A stretch of DNA of 64,000 nt from Octopus vulgaris (lineage: Eukaryota), in assembly GCA_951406725.2 (NCBI GenBank), contig OX597815.1:65038001-65102000 (forward strand), read 5' to 3'. Below, piece by piece: positions 51,981 through 64,000 of the stretch. Both the position numbers and the translations under genes were made by a program. Numbering within the stretch: position 1 is the first letter of the stretch; every line of letters starts with the position of its first letter. Below the pieces are notes generated by a model. That model saw nothing but the letters and a program-made list of their open reading frames with translations. It was not told the origin of the DNA and searched no databases.

Positions 51981-54900
51981 GCTCCAGTTTTTCTGTTTCT
52001 CAGTTACTGTCTCAACATCTCTCTTTCATCCTCTTGTCAAAATACAAACTAAATGCTACATCTATTCATTTTCTCATACATAAACTAATTTCAACAAATG
52101 CTACTGGGGAAAAAGGAACCTACTTGAAACCATTATTATACCCAACATAAAGGATATATCAACAATATTCTACTATAAGCTTCAAAAAGGAGGTCAAAGT
52201 AATCAGGTGTAATTCTTTCAACTAGCATCCAAATCTTATTTCTATATGGTATTTCATTTCATCTTACAGATACAAACATTACAATTAGTCAACATTGAAA
52301 ATAATAGTTTCTCTTAGATTGCACAATTAAATGAAAACAATTTTAATCTAAGACAGATGATTAGTTGTGATTTAATGATATTATTAACTAGTATGTGACA
52401 GCCAAGTAGTTAGATTGTTAGGTTCACAATCAAATGATTGTGGGTTCAATTCTGCATCTTTGAGCAAGACACTTCGCTTCAAGCTGCTCTTAGTCTATTC
52501 AAGTGCAAAACAGTACCACCCCAGAGCTGACACAACCCCTTCTCTTGTTGGCTGGGGACTTTATATGTACTTAAAACAATTAACGAAAGACTGTATGGGC
52601 TACCAAATCATATTTGCTCTGGATAAACAGATACTCTAATAACTATATAAACTTAAAATAGAGCTAACTCAGCAATTAAATGTTAAATAAATCATTATAT
52701 GTTTACATTTTTAAAAAATCGCTTACTTTTCTGATGAATAATCCAGTATTCTAAGAAGTACATTTTATTGACTTTATTAAAAAATTTTAACTTTCCCAGG
52801 GAAGAGTAGGTTTATAAAAGAAATTCTACAAATCCTCCATCAAAACCTAGCTGGGTTACTGTAACTTAAGTTTGCTCTAGATCTGACCTCAACAGCCACA
52901 TATCCAAGAGAAGATTCAAGCTAAGTTGACTTCATTCCATGAGGTGAAGGGAAATCCCCCTTGATGACGTGGTGACATTAAGTAGAGGTTTTTTAATGTA
53001 TTTGTGTAAAATACACGCTTTTTCAAGAATGGTACCTATTTTTTCTCCCACCTCAAATATGTGGCATTATTCTGGCCAACATAACCTCAAGTAATTCATA
53101 TTGATAGCCAAGTTAAATGATTTATAATGAAAAATTTTAAATCATAATAATGTTACATTTTTGTACAATAATGATGGCACTTTCACAGTTTAATACTCAA
53201 ATATAAGGGAAAAAAAAAAATACTTGCAAGCAATCTACTAATACTGGATTTGGCTTAAAAGTCACTGAATACACTAACCAGACACACAGACAGACAATAG
53301 TGCGCATGCATGCACACACACATCCAAACCACCCAAATGACTGTGTATGTTAGTAGGCAGCAGTCAAAAAATCAGTACTATAAACAAACAAATGTTGAGG
53401 ATGTCACAGTCAAAATAAATACCACTTATGGAGAATTTGATTTTGAGATGATACATTATATCATTCATATCTGATTAAAGCTTTCACCAGTAAACACAGA
53501 TTCATCAGCAAGAGTGTTGGAAATAAAATTCATTGCATTTCTGAGACAAAAAGGTAACTAGAACCAAAACTATGAGCACTAACAACAAAAGATGAAATCA
53601 GAAGATTGGTTTTTAAGTTTTATGCTATTACAAAATAAAATATGCTAAACTGTTTCTCCTTGTGTGAAACTGCAGAAAGATCTCTTTCTCTACTTGGACA
53701 TATAAATCATGCATGAAGAGACTTGTCACCTGTATGGCAATTAGAACAAAAGCTAATAGATAGCTTAAAGCCATTGATAGCTTGCTTACAGCTATCCTTG
53801 GATACAAGTAAATATAATATTACAAAAAAAAGGTCCACACTTCAGCTTTGTGGTGAATGCAATTCATGAACAGAAATGGACCAGTATTATGTCAGCAAAT
53901 ATTACGTAGCACTGACTGACTCCTGAAACCATTATGTGAGTGGTGATATAAATACATTTTTAATAGTGTTCACTAATATCAATCCATAAATGTTTGCTTC
54001 ACTCCAACATAGTCTCATGAATTTAATGAAAGCATTTAAATGGAAGAAGTCAGTAATGAAAGTGTTTACATTCAGCATTATGTCCCTTATATCCTTTCTT
54101 ACTGAAGTCAACAGCAAAACTTCTGCGTTTATCAATTATGTTAAATGGTCACTTTCAAATTTATGGGTTTTATTTTTGCATCCAGGAAATTTTTCAGTGT
54201 GTTTTGGATAGTAAGACAATAAATCTTACTAAGCAGTTCTTTTTCAGGAAGTCAGTATGCAGTAAAACCCAAAATTAGTGATGTACATTATACATGAGTA
54301 CATATTACACACAAATTAATAAGGTGAGCTAGGAATGGTCAATCTAGTTACATGTCTTCAGACAGCATTCAGCTCCTTCTGAGGAAGAGGAAGATTTAAC
54401 CCTTTAACATTCAGACTACTCTATCAAATGTATTGCTTATTTGTTCGCATTGTTTTGAATTAATCATGCATTATCTCATAGTGTCAAGATTTTAATGCTG
54501 TGATTGTTTATTTTTATAACATAGTATGGTAGGAGTGAAAAGTCCGATCTGGCTGGTCTGAGCATAAAATAACGTTATTCAAATACCCTATCTTTTGCAA
54601 CTTCCTAAAAACCAGATTGGTGCCTGTAGCAGCATCCAAAGTTACATTCTGAAAATGTAACATAGAATCTAGTGAACTGATAGTTGTAAACTTTCTCTAA
54701 GACCAGATCATTTTAAGTTTCTTGAAAACCTTGAATTTAATGCTATTAACAGTCTAACATCTTCAGCTGTGAGAAATATAATCAAGTTGGTACTGTCCAG
54801 CTTCATTAAAACACTCTGAAGGATGGATAACATTCACAAAATAACAAAGTCAACTTAAAGGACACATCAGATGACATAGTTCAACATATTCATGAAGCAA

Positions 54901-56069
54901 ACAAGATGGTGACATCTGAGACTAAACAACAACAATGAAGTATGTTTAGAATAGTGTTACAATCTCAGATCCGTCCCAATCAATTTGATAGGGAATCTGT
55001 AAAAGAGATAAGCTTCACATTAAAGACAAGTTATAAGAATGGTAAACAATAAAAAAAAAAATATTGCGTAGCAATAGAAAAAGCAGCATATATAAATAAA
55101 AAGAATGAAAATGAAATAGACAAGCAATTGCGATACATATTTTTAACACAATGAATACTATGCCTACCTCCTAACAACCTCTCAGAAAGAAACTATACTC
55201 CAACTGACACAGGAATCTCTCCACCACTGAAAACATCCCTTCTGGATTCAGTGGAAAACGCTCAACCACATGAGAAGAACAGGACAATCAAAAGTTGCTT
55301 TTGTCAGATATGGCTACAAGACCAGCCCAATCAACTGAATGTGAAGACGCAGACCATAATATGGAGCACTACCTTTTCTGCCCACACTAACCAACTCCTG
55401 CAGCTCTAAAGACCTTGCAGAGATCAATAAAAATGCAAAGAACCGTATAAAGAAATGGGGAAAATGTCATATAACCACAACACTTCAAAGAATCAAAAGC
55501 ATAACAGAATAAGAATATAGATTCAGATATTAGATGTAAGTGAATAAATGTAAGGTAACTTCTGAGAAATGATAACATGAGTAAAGGTAGGCGTACAAAA
55601 CCTGCAATATATTCTAGATTAACCAGCAGAACTAGCTGAAAGAGAGTTTTTCTGCAGGCATATTAACAGTAACATAGCCAAAGAAAGGCAAGAAAAAGAA
55701 CAATGATCGTGTGATGATAATGGTACTGATAGTTATGTCAAACAAATTATGTCAAACAGCATACCTCCTAGGTCAATACTTTTGTTTGTTTGTTTCTTCT
55801 TACTTTGTTCTGAGCATATTTTAACTTACATTTGTAGTTGTTTTCCACATTGTTTAATCCAAACTATATTCCAACCATCTCACATATTCTTATTTCTTAC
55901 CATTTACCCATGCAGATCAAATTTCAAGTGCCCCCACCGCACAACTATGAAAATGAACAGACACCACTATCTTGCAATATTTGGTCTAGATAGTGGACAA
56001 TAGGAAGGATAAGAATGGACATCATATTACTTAAAAATAGACCAAAATATTTATAATCTGTTATCTGTA

Positions 56070-56455
56070 ATTTTAGTCATGGCCAATGCCAGTGTTGTGT
56101 AACTGACACCTGTTCCGGTGACAAATAAAAGGCACCGTTTGAATGTCAAGCCACAGAGGCAGTGACAAGTGACCAAGACCTTTGGTGATATACCATGCTT
56201 GAGAGGACCTGTCAAGCCAAGTGAGATTGTAGTCGTGGCTGTGCTGTGTTACGTAACTGGCACCCGTAGCACGTAAAAAGCACCCACTAAATTCTTGGAG
56301 TGATTGGAACTGGGAAGGGCATTCAGTCAAAGAAACCATGCCAAATCAGACTGGAACCTGTACAGCTCCTCAGCATACCAGTTTTCTGTCAAATCATCCA
56401 ACCCATACCAGAATGGAAAGCAGACATATGATAATGATGGTGATGATGATGATAT
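56070..56455 (+). mobile_element. Old RTE 3' UTR fragment with (GAT)n tail, ~60 bp from the CK1 exon donor
   Basis: gcacgtaaaaagcacccact..ggaagggcat..gatgatgat. Confidence 0.75.
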
Positions 56456-56516
56456 CCATATAATATATCTGGATCACTGAACAAATGAAATTAAGGAAAA
56501 AGCTTTAAGCATTTAC

Positions 56517-56586
56517 CTGCTTGACCAAGCTGTTTGTAAAACCTATATTCCAAATGTAATTGTGGAGCTCTGGATTTCATTGGTTC
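56517..56586 (-). CDS. CSNK1G: Casein kinase I gamma coding exon (70 nt, [23 protein letters not shown]+G)
   Basis: Minus strand reads ttttctttttag|GAACCAATG...CAAGCAG|gtaaat. The peptide matches the CK1-gamma alphaC region. It ends in phase 1, compatible with the next exon. Not in the ORF track. Confidence 0.95.
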
Positions 56587-56719
56587 CTAAAAAGAAAAAA
56601 AAGAAAGTTTTAAAGCAACAGATCTTTATAATTTACCAAAATTACAAAAGGCTAAAATAGTGTATTAGATGTAGGCAGGGAACAAGACTTGAAGTTAGCT
56701 GGAAGTAAAAAATGCATTA

Positions 56720-59235
56720 ATATCCTACACACTGAGGAAATAGCACCACGTAAGGTGGAGGACAACTGGGGACAACCTGTTGAGGGCTGACAAGATCTGT
56801 GGCTGGTAACGTGGTGGTGGAACAACATAGTTGACAGGGCCATTAGGCAAAAGAAACAGGCATGGAAGAATTGGAAGTGCAGTGGTAGCAGGGAATTGTA
56901 TCAGATCACCAGAGAGAAGCTAGGAGACAGGTTTACTTAGCCAGAAGGGAAGCAGATAAGAAAAGATTTGCCAATGTTCTGCATTGTGAGGACCAGACAC
57001 TTGAAATGTTCTTCATTGCAAGACAGTGTGTGAGAGAGAATCATGATGTTATAGGAGAGAAATGTGTCTGCATGGATGATGGCTCACTTGCATTCAATGA
57101 TGCTGCAAAGAGAGAGACTTGGAGATGCCACTATGAAAGGTTGCTAAATGAAGAGAATGAAGAGAAGAAAAATAGTCGGCCAAATGTCAACCCAACAGAG
57201 GAACCAGCTATTCAAACTGATAGTACCTTGGTAGATAAAGCAATTAAGAGTATGAAGACAGGGAAAGCCCCCAGCTCATCAGGAATCACTGCAGAGATGC
57301 TTAAAATATCTGGCAGTGTAAGCTGTACTCTAGTCACCCATATAGTCAACCAGGTGATACATGAAGGAGTCATACCCAATGACTGGTATAGCAGCACCAT
57401 AGTCAACAGCTACAAAGGCAAAGGTGACATTAGATAGGAATAATTACAGTGGTATCAAATTGTTGGATCAGGTGAAAGTAATGGAGAGGGTCATAGCCCA
57501 ACTAATTAGAGAGAGAGAGTTGGTTTAGACGAGATGCAGTTTGAGTTTGTGCCAGAGAAAAGCGCCACTTGTGCTATATTTCTGGTAAGACAGCTGCAGG
57601 AGAAATTCCTAGCCAAAGATAAACCTCTGTACTTGGCTTTCGTTGACAGCCTTTGACATGGTCTCCTGTTCCCTTATCTGGTGGTCAATGCAGAAATTAG
57701 GGAGAGATAAGTAGTTGGTGAGAGCTGTACAAGCCATGTACAGGGATGCTGTCAGTAAGGTGAGGGTTGGCAACAAGTATAGTGAAGAATTCCAGGTAGA
57801 AGTAGGAGTACACCAAGGATCAGTCCTCAGCCCCCCCCTCTTATTCATCACAGTCCTACAAGTAATAACAGAGGAATTCAAGACAAGCTGTCTCCGAGAG
57901 CTCCTCTATGCTGATGACCTTGCTCTAATAGCTGAGTCACTACCAGAACTAGAGAAGAAGTTTCGGGTGTGGAAGCAAGGTCTAGAATCAAAGGGCCTTA
58001 GAGTCAATCAAACAAAAACTAGTCTTAGTAAGTAGGAAAGCAGATAAATAACAAATCCCTTCAGGTAGATGGCCCTGCTCAATCTGTAGAAAAGGCATAG
58101 GTAGAAACTCAATAAGATATACGCAGTGTAAGCTATGGGCACATAAGAGGTGCAGCAATATCAAAGGAATGTTAACTGGGAAGATAGTTTCCGTGTGCGG
58201 CAGATGCACAAGGACAAAAAACAATGAAGATGTTCAGAAAACAGATTCCATCACATGCCAAGGGGAAAAACTACAAGTAGTTGATAGTTTCCATTAACTA
58301 GGTGACCAAGTCAGTAGCTGGGGTAGATGCTCTGAGAGTGTAGCTGCTAGAATAAGAATAGCCTGGGAAAATTTCAGAGAGTTCCTACCTCTGATGGTAA
58401 CAAAAGGCCTCTCACTCAGAGTGAAAGGTACACTGTATGATGCATGGGTGCAAACAGCCATGCTATACAGCAGTGAAACATGGGCTGCAACTTCTGAGGA
58501 AGTGTAGGCTTCAAAGAAATGCAGCTAGTATGCTCCACTGGATGAGCAATGTCAGTGTGCATACATGACAGAGTGTAAGCGTCCTGAGACAAAAGTTGGA
58601 CATAAGAAGCATCAGACGTAGTGTGCAAGAGAAATGACTGTACAAGTATGGTCATGTGTTGTGTATGGATGAGAACAGCTGCGTGAAGAAGTGTCACACA
58701 CTAACAATGGAGGAAGACATGGGATGAGGTGGTGAAGCACGACCATCGAATGTTGGACCTCATTGAGGCAATGACAAGCAACTGAGACCTTTGGAGATAT
58801 GCTGTACATGAAAAGACCTGCAAACCAAGCAAGACTGCAGCTGTGGCCGAAGCCAGAGTCGCATAACCAGCCCGTTTAAAAGTACCCTTCAATCGTTGGG
58901 CCATATGCTGTGCTTGAGAAGAGCAGTTGGGTCAAGTGAAATCATAGTCGTGGCCAATACCAGTGCCACCTGACTGGCACATAAAAAAAAACCATTCGAG
59001 CATGGATGATGCCGGTGCTAGTGGTACGTAAAAAGCACCAATTGAGCATGGTCAATGCCAATGCTACCCGACTAGCTCCCATGCCGGTGGTACATAAAAA
59101 GCACCATTCGAGTGTGGTCGATGCCAGTGCGGTGTGGTCAAGCCTGATGCAGCCTCGTGGCTTGCCAGGCCTCAGGCAAACCATCCAATCCATGCCAGCA
59201 TGGAAAGCAAACATTAAACGATGATGATGATGATG
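56720..59235 (+). mobile_element. RTE-clade LINE copy 3, older and frameshifted
   Basis: TWWWN..GEKCV..HYERLLN..GKAP..GVHQGSVLSP..LLYADDL..Cys-rich insert, degenerate UTR repeats and a (GAT)n tail. Confidence 0.92.
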
Positions 59236-59690
59236 ACACCACAATGTTCTTAATTAGAAACCAATAAGCTCCAAATACAGAATTTTTGTCACCTCAATAC
59301 AGCAGGATAGCATAAAAGATTGGTAACTGAGATTTTCACTGAAAAAAAAAAAGAGTACATAAATAGTATGATACTAGGTAGCAGTGAGAAATTAGTATTG
59401 TATGCAGGCAATGCAGGAAAGCTGAGTAATTGAAAATAAGAATGTTAAAAATTAGGTTTAATATGAATGTGCAAAGTTAATTTGCACGAAAGACAAATTG
59501 TAAGTGAGCTGAGAAATATTAAGGCACTATTCAATATATGCATGAATATAACTATATTGTTATAAATTCTAAATAAATGATACCTGTTACTCATGAAAAA
59601 GTGGTCAGTTAAATGCTTGTGTGCATCCACCAAATATGTGCATTCATTCATTTATTTTAACATTTTTGTCATCATTATTTAATATAAATA

Positions 59691-60183
59691 GCTGGTAGGG
59701 ACAACGTATTTTGTAATGCGACCATAATATACTACCACGTATATTAAAGGCTTGTAAGTAAATACTGTGACCCACCTGTGTTTAATATGTAAAATTTGTA
59801 TATCCAATTGTGTAACACTGCTATATTTGAAGGCTATTTAAGTAATGTGTTCATGAATGATAAATGTATTGGATGAGGTGCTAAAGAAGGAACAAGGATT
59901 CCTGAAATATGCATATACACCCATTACCTATTTTTCTATCTTTAAAGGCACTGTTTACATAGACATATTTGTATAGGAAATGCCATAACCTACAGTGCTG
60001 GCTCTAATTTCTATGGGAAATCTATGGAGATAACTTTAAAAAAAAAAACGTAATGAATAACACTGCAAACACATGACTGAATAGCACTACTAACACAGGT
60101 AGGACGAAGTATTGGTTTATAAGTTTTCAATATACTTGATAGTATATTATGGTCGCATAACAAAATATGGTGTCCCTACAAGC
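59691..60183. mobile_element. MITE with ~75-bp terminal inverted repeats
   Basis: gctggtagggacaacgtattttgtaatgcgaccataatatactac... versus ...gtatattatggtcgcataacaaaatatggtgtccctacaagc. No coding capacity. Confidence 0.75.
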
Positions 60184-60558
60184 AATTAGTATGCACGTAC
60201 CAGTTGCCGGGAATGTGTTTAATATGTAAAATTGGTATATACAATTGTGTTACTGTACAGATAACTTTTTAAATAGTCATTATTTTAAGGTCCAATTCGC
60301 CACATTGTTATAGTCTGATGAAGTCACTGTCTTCTTTTGCTGACCACCCCCGTCTGTCTTTCTGTATAGACAGACAGACATCGCTGTGTGTGTGTGTGTG
60401 TGCATGCAAATGCACACAAAGACAATAGTTGTTGAGGCAACTCATTTTACTGTTTCTTCCTCTGGCTCTCATCTTCGGAACAAACTGCAGCAGTGACAAG
60501 AGGAGATATGATAAAAAGGAGACATAGATTTCATGGAGAGAAATTAATAAGAGATAAG

Positions 60559-60595
<37 letters not shown>

Positions 60596-62276
60596 TGATC
60601 GTTATCCTCATTTAATATCTATTTTCTATGCTAGCATGGGTTGGACAATTTGACGGCATCTGGCAAGTCTCTGCATTGAACTCCCATGTCAGCTTTCGCA
60701 TGGTTTGTGTGGCTGGATGCCCTTCTTAATACCAACCACTTAACAATGTGTATTGGGAGCTTCTTTTGTAACAGTGGTACTAATGTGATCACCAGCAACT
60801 TACAAGAGAGGAAAAGAACAAGTAAAAGCCACCTCAACTAAGTGGGAGGGGAGCGATTTGAGGTGTTGAGAGCCTAAAGTATGACAGAGGAACAAGTACA
60901 GGTGTCTTGCTACATACAGAGGAGATACATGGTTACCCAACACGTTATATAAGGTGAGTGGGAGTAGCTAGGAAGATAAAGATAAAGATGGTAGTGATGG
61001 GTAGTCAAAGCGAACTCTCAGGGTACAAGAAGGGTAGAATAAGGGAAGATATGGAGAGTGGATGGGGGTGCTAATTTCATAAGAATGTGGGAGGAAAGTA
61101 ATAGATGGTTTGAGATGGGGGTAGAGGTGAATATAGTGAATGATGAACAAAAGTAAACATGCAGTTAATGGGAAATATCAGTATGGAGAGGAGGTTAGGT
61201 GAGAGAATAGACTGGAAAGTAGACATGCAAAGTGTAGGAAGGAACAATCAGAATGGGAATGTAGAGGTACATGAGGGTGGCTATAGTGATGGTGAATAAG
61301 AGGGCACTGAGAAAGGTAGCAGGTATAAGTGCTGTTAAAATAGAGTATGGCAAAATATATATCCCATACATATACATAGTCAGACAGACCTAGGTTATTT
61401 AGTTTAACAATGAATGAAAAATGCATATGAGGAAATGATTAGAGTGGATGGAAGATGTCAAGAGTGGAAGGAGTCCAAGAGAGGTTGGCATGATAGGCTA
61501 ACAGGGCAGTACGAACTTGGAATTTTGACTCAGGCACTTTGGAACCATGCAGTTATGGGTTCAATTGCACTACATGAATACTGTTAGTTGGTAAGTTCTG
61601 CTATAGCATGGGTTAACCAATACTTTGCAAGTGAAAGTGGCAGACGCTTGTTGTATGTGTTCATGTATACAAACACACTCAGGAACAGGGAGTGCAGACA
61701 TGCAAGTGCACCCCCTAAAAATCTTGGGGGCAATGAAAACGCTTTGAAAATCCTGGGTTGGACCTGAATTTGCACCCCTTAAGCAAATTTCATTCCTACA
61801 CTTATGCATGCAAATGACAGTGCATGTTTTACCATACCTTCTTGTGTGTGCTAATTGTAAACAAAACCCTGAATGATTATGGTGCCATTTGTTAGCAGAC
61901 CACTGCAAAAGCATATCTAGGCTCATTGACTTGTCTTAATATGCTCACTGATTGTAAACAAACGGTTCACTACTTGTCCAAATGGTGTCATTTATTTGTA
62001 GTTCTGTGAAAGCAAGCCTGGGCTATTGGTTGTTTGGTAGATGGTGGACAGGAGATTACCTTAAAAATAATTCAAGACTGGTACTGAAAGGGGCATCTAG
62101 CCATAGAAAATTTTACCTCGCTAAAGTCTCAAACATGGCAAATGTTAGAATGATAATACTACTCTGTGTGAGTGTGTGTGCGAGCACATTTGTGTATAGC
62201 TGCACTTAGATCCATTACACACACACACAACTGTATTATGTGTTAAACATTTAAAGAGGCAATCATATATAGATAT

Positions 62277-63080
62277 AAAGGGTGTTTGGACTAAATGATG
62301 ATTTTTTTTTTCTAATTTCTCTTTTTTTCAGGAACAGCTTCATGCACTGGTGAGCAGTCAACAGCATGGGAGAGCATAAAGATTAAGGTTGTAGTTGAGA
62401 AAAAAGTTAGCTGACTTGAAGGACTGAAAGCTATCTGAATATTGGAAAAGAGTTACCTGTATCATGCTGATTCATGGCAGGTATCAAAATGCTGACATCA
62501 TGACTACTGCTCATTGCTCTGTGAACACTGTAAAGGTGTAAGATGTAACAAGGACAGCTACAATTGAGACTATGAAGCCATGGTCAACAGGAGGGGACAC
62601 AGCATGCATTCTAATTATGTCTGCACATCAGGATTCAACTCTGTATCTTTGAACAGGGACTTGACCTCAATGCAGATGGCCAAATGATATTGCTGGAGAC
62701 TGTGGTCAATCTCTGGTTGGAGAGGGTTGCTGCTGGAAGCCATATGTGTGGCCTCCTAATTTCCTCAATTGTAATCCATGGATTACTACATGTGGGGCGT
62801 AGTTGAGAAAGACACCAATCACTCTACCTGCTACACCAAGATGAAGCTGGTGATCAAGATCAAAGAGGTGCTAAGATTTTCCTAGGGACACACTGAGGAA
62901 CACATGTTACATTCTGGAGCTGTCTTGAGACCATGGTGGAAGCTGAGGGTAGCAACTTTGAGTAAACTATTATTTCCCAGCTAGTTGGTAATTTTTTATT
63001 TTTTTAAATACTTTTATTTCTGGATCAGATGTTTTCTTTTTCTTTTATGCAAACTGTCAAATTTAGCCCAAACACTCAGT
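62277..63080 (+). mobile_element. Second degenerate maT/DD37D-type element
   Basis: WPPN..CNP.DYYMWGVVEKDTN remnants. Imperfect ends gggtgtttggactaaat / atttagcccaaacactc. Confidence 0.6.
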
Positions 63081-64000
63081 ATATAAAGGACTTCATAAGT
63101 AGTAGATGCAAAGGAGTAGTGGGCATATAAATTCTTTCAAATGCTTAGAGAGTACCCTAAAAAAAAAAATCTTGTCACATAGGAGACCAAATTAGCATTG
63201 GAGGAGACTGTCCAAAAACAACCAGAGTGAGAACAAAATGGAAATAATTAGGAGACAGTCATTATCCCTGCTAACAAAGAAAAAAGTGATTACCTCTCTC
63301 ATTGAAGGACAGATTGTATGATAATAGAATAAAAAGTGTGATGTTGCATGGTTACAAAAACACAGCAGTGAAGGCAAAGGATGCAAGTGTGCAAAGAAAT
63401 TATAAGTATGGTCTGTTAGATGTTTAATGTTTGTGCACATTAAGAAGAGTACAAAATGAGAATGAGAGTAAACAGGGTAAAAGAGGAATCAGATGTGTGA
63501 TAGTATGGAAAAAAATGGATGTAAAAACAAGCAATAAGAAATTGGAGCAGATGTTTCACATGGTTTTCCTAGCCTCAACAATAAAATATTTGAATTATTT
63601 TACAATTGCAACAAACTGACTGGTTTTTCAGATAAGCTGTATACAATAAGTGTCTGTCAAATGATGCTCCTCTAGTAAAAACAATAAAGAAATATCAATT
63701 ACAATAGTTTCTCTTTGAAAGTGATATCATAATACCTCACTACTAAAAATAAAACTATCATATAACCTTAATGAAATGCACATTTGCAAAAGGTAAACAA
63801 AACAGTTTTTTTTTTTAAATTTTAACGAAAAATTGAGAATATTTTTATATCACTTTTCTTAACATTGGAATTCAGATTTTACACATCAGAAGTTTTGGGT
63901 TTTTTTTTTCTTTCTTGTTTTTTTTTTAATGGTTACTTAACACACAATATGGTAAAGCTAGTTCACATTTTAAAATTAGATTAATAGATTAATTTCCTTA

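Noticed and set aside
14408-56516. Mutually exclusive duplicate of the GIPQVYYFG exon in the large intron
   Set aside because: No second LLGxSLEDLF-like coding segment was seen by eye. TBLASTN would be needed to exclude it.

Overview
AT-rich, microsatellite- and transposon-dense animal DNA, most likely from an octopus or related coleoid cephalopod (inferred from the SINE/RTE repertoire). The whole window lies inside one minus-strand gene, casein kinase I gamma (CSNK1G/gilgamesh). Three small coding exons (56517-56586, 14259-14407, 2012-2246) splice in frame across introns of about 42 kb and 12 kb. The introns hold young and old RTE LINEs, a 5'-inverted RTE, an R4/Dong-like RLE retrotransposon split by an RTE, a CR1/Jockey-like relic, Tc1, mariner, maT and Chapaev3 DNA transposons, MITEs and many tRNA-derived SINEs. 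The most anomalous feature is a ~3.2 kb young composite at 35683-38858: a near-perfect 372-bp tandem array and a 155/175-bp tandem array, fused directly to an RTE 3' end. Other leads are two candidate microexons, a possible recursive splice site, and a frame-preserving circRNA candidate flanked by inverted RTE copies. Most entries in the ORF track are TE fragments or noise. Coordinates were read by eye, and the ends of degenerate elements are approximate.
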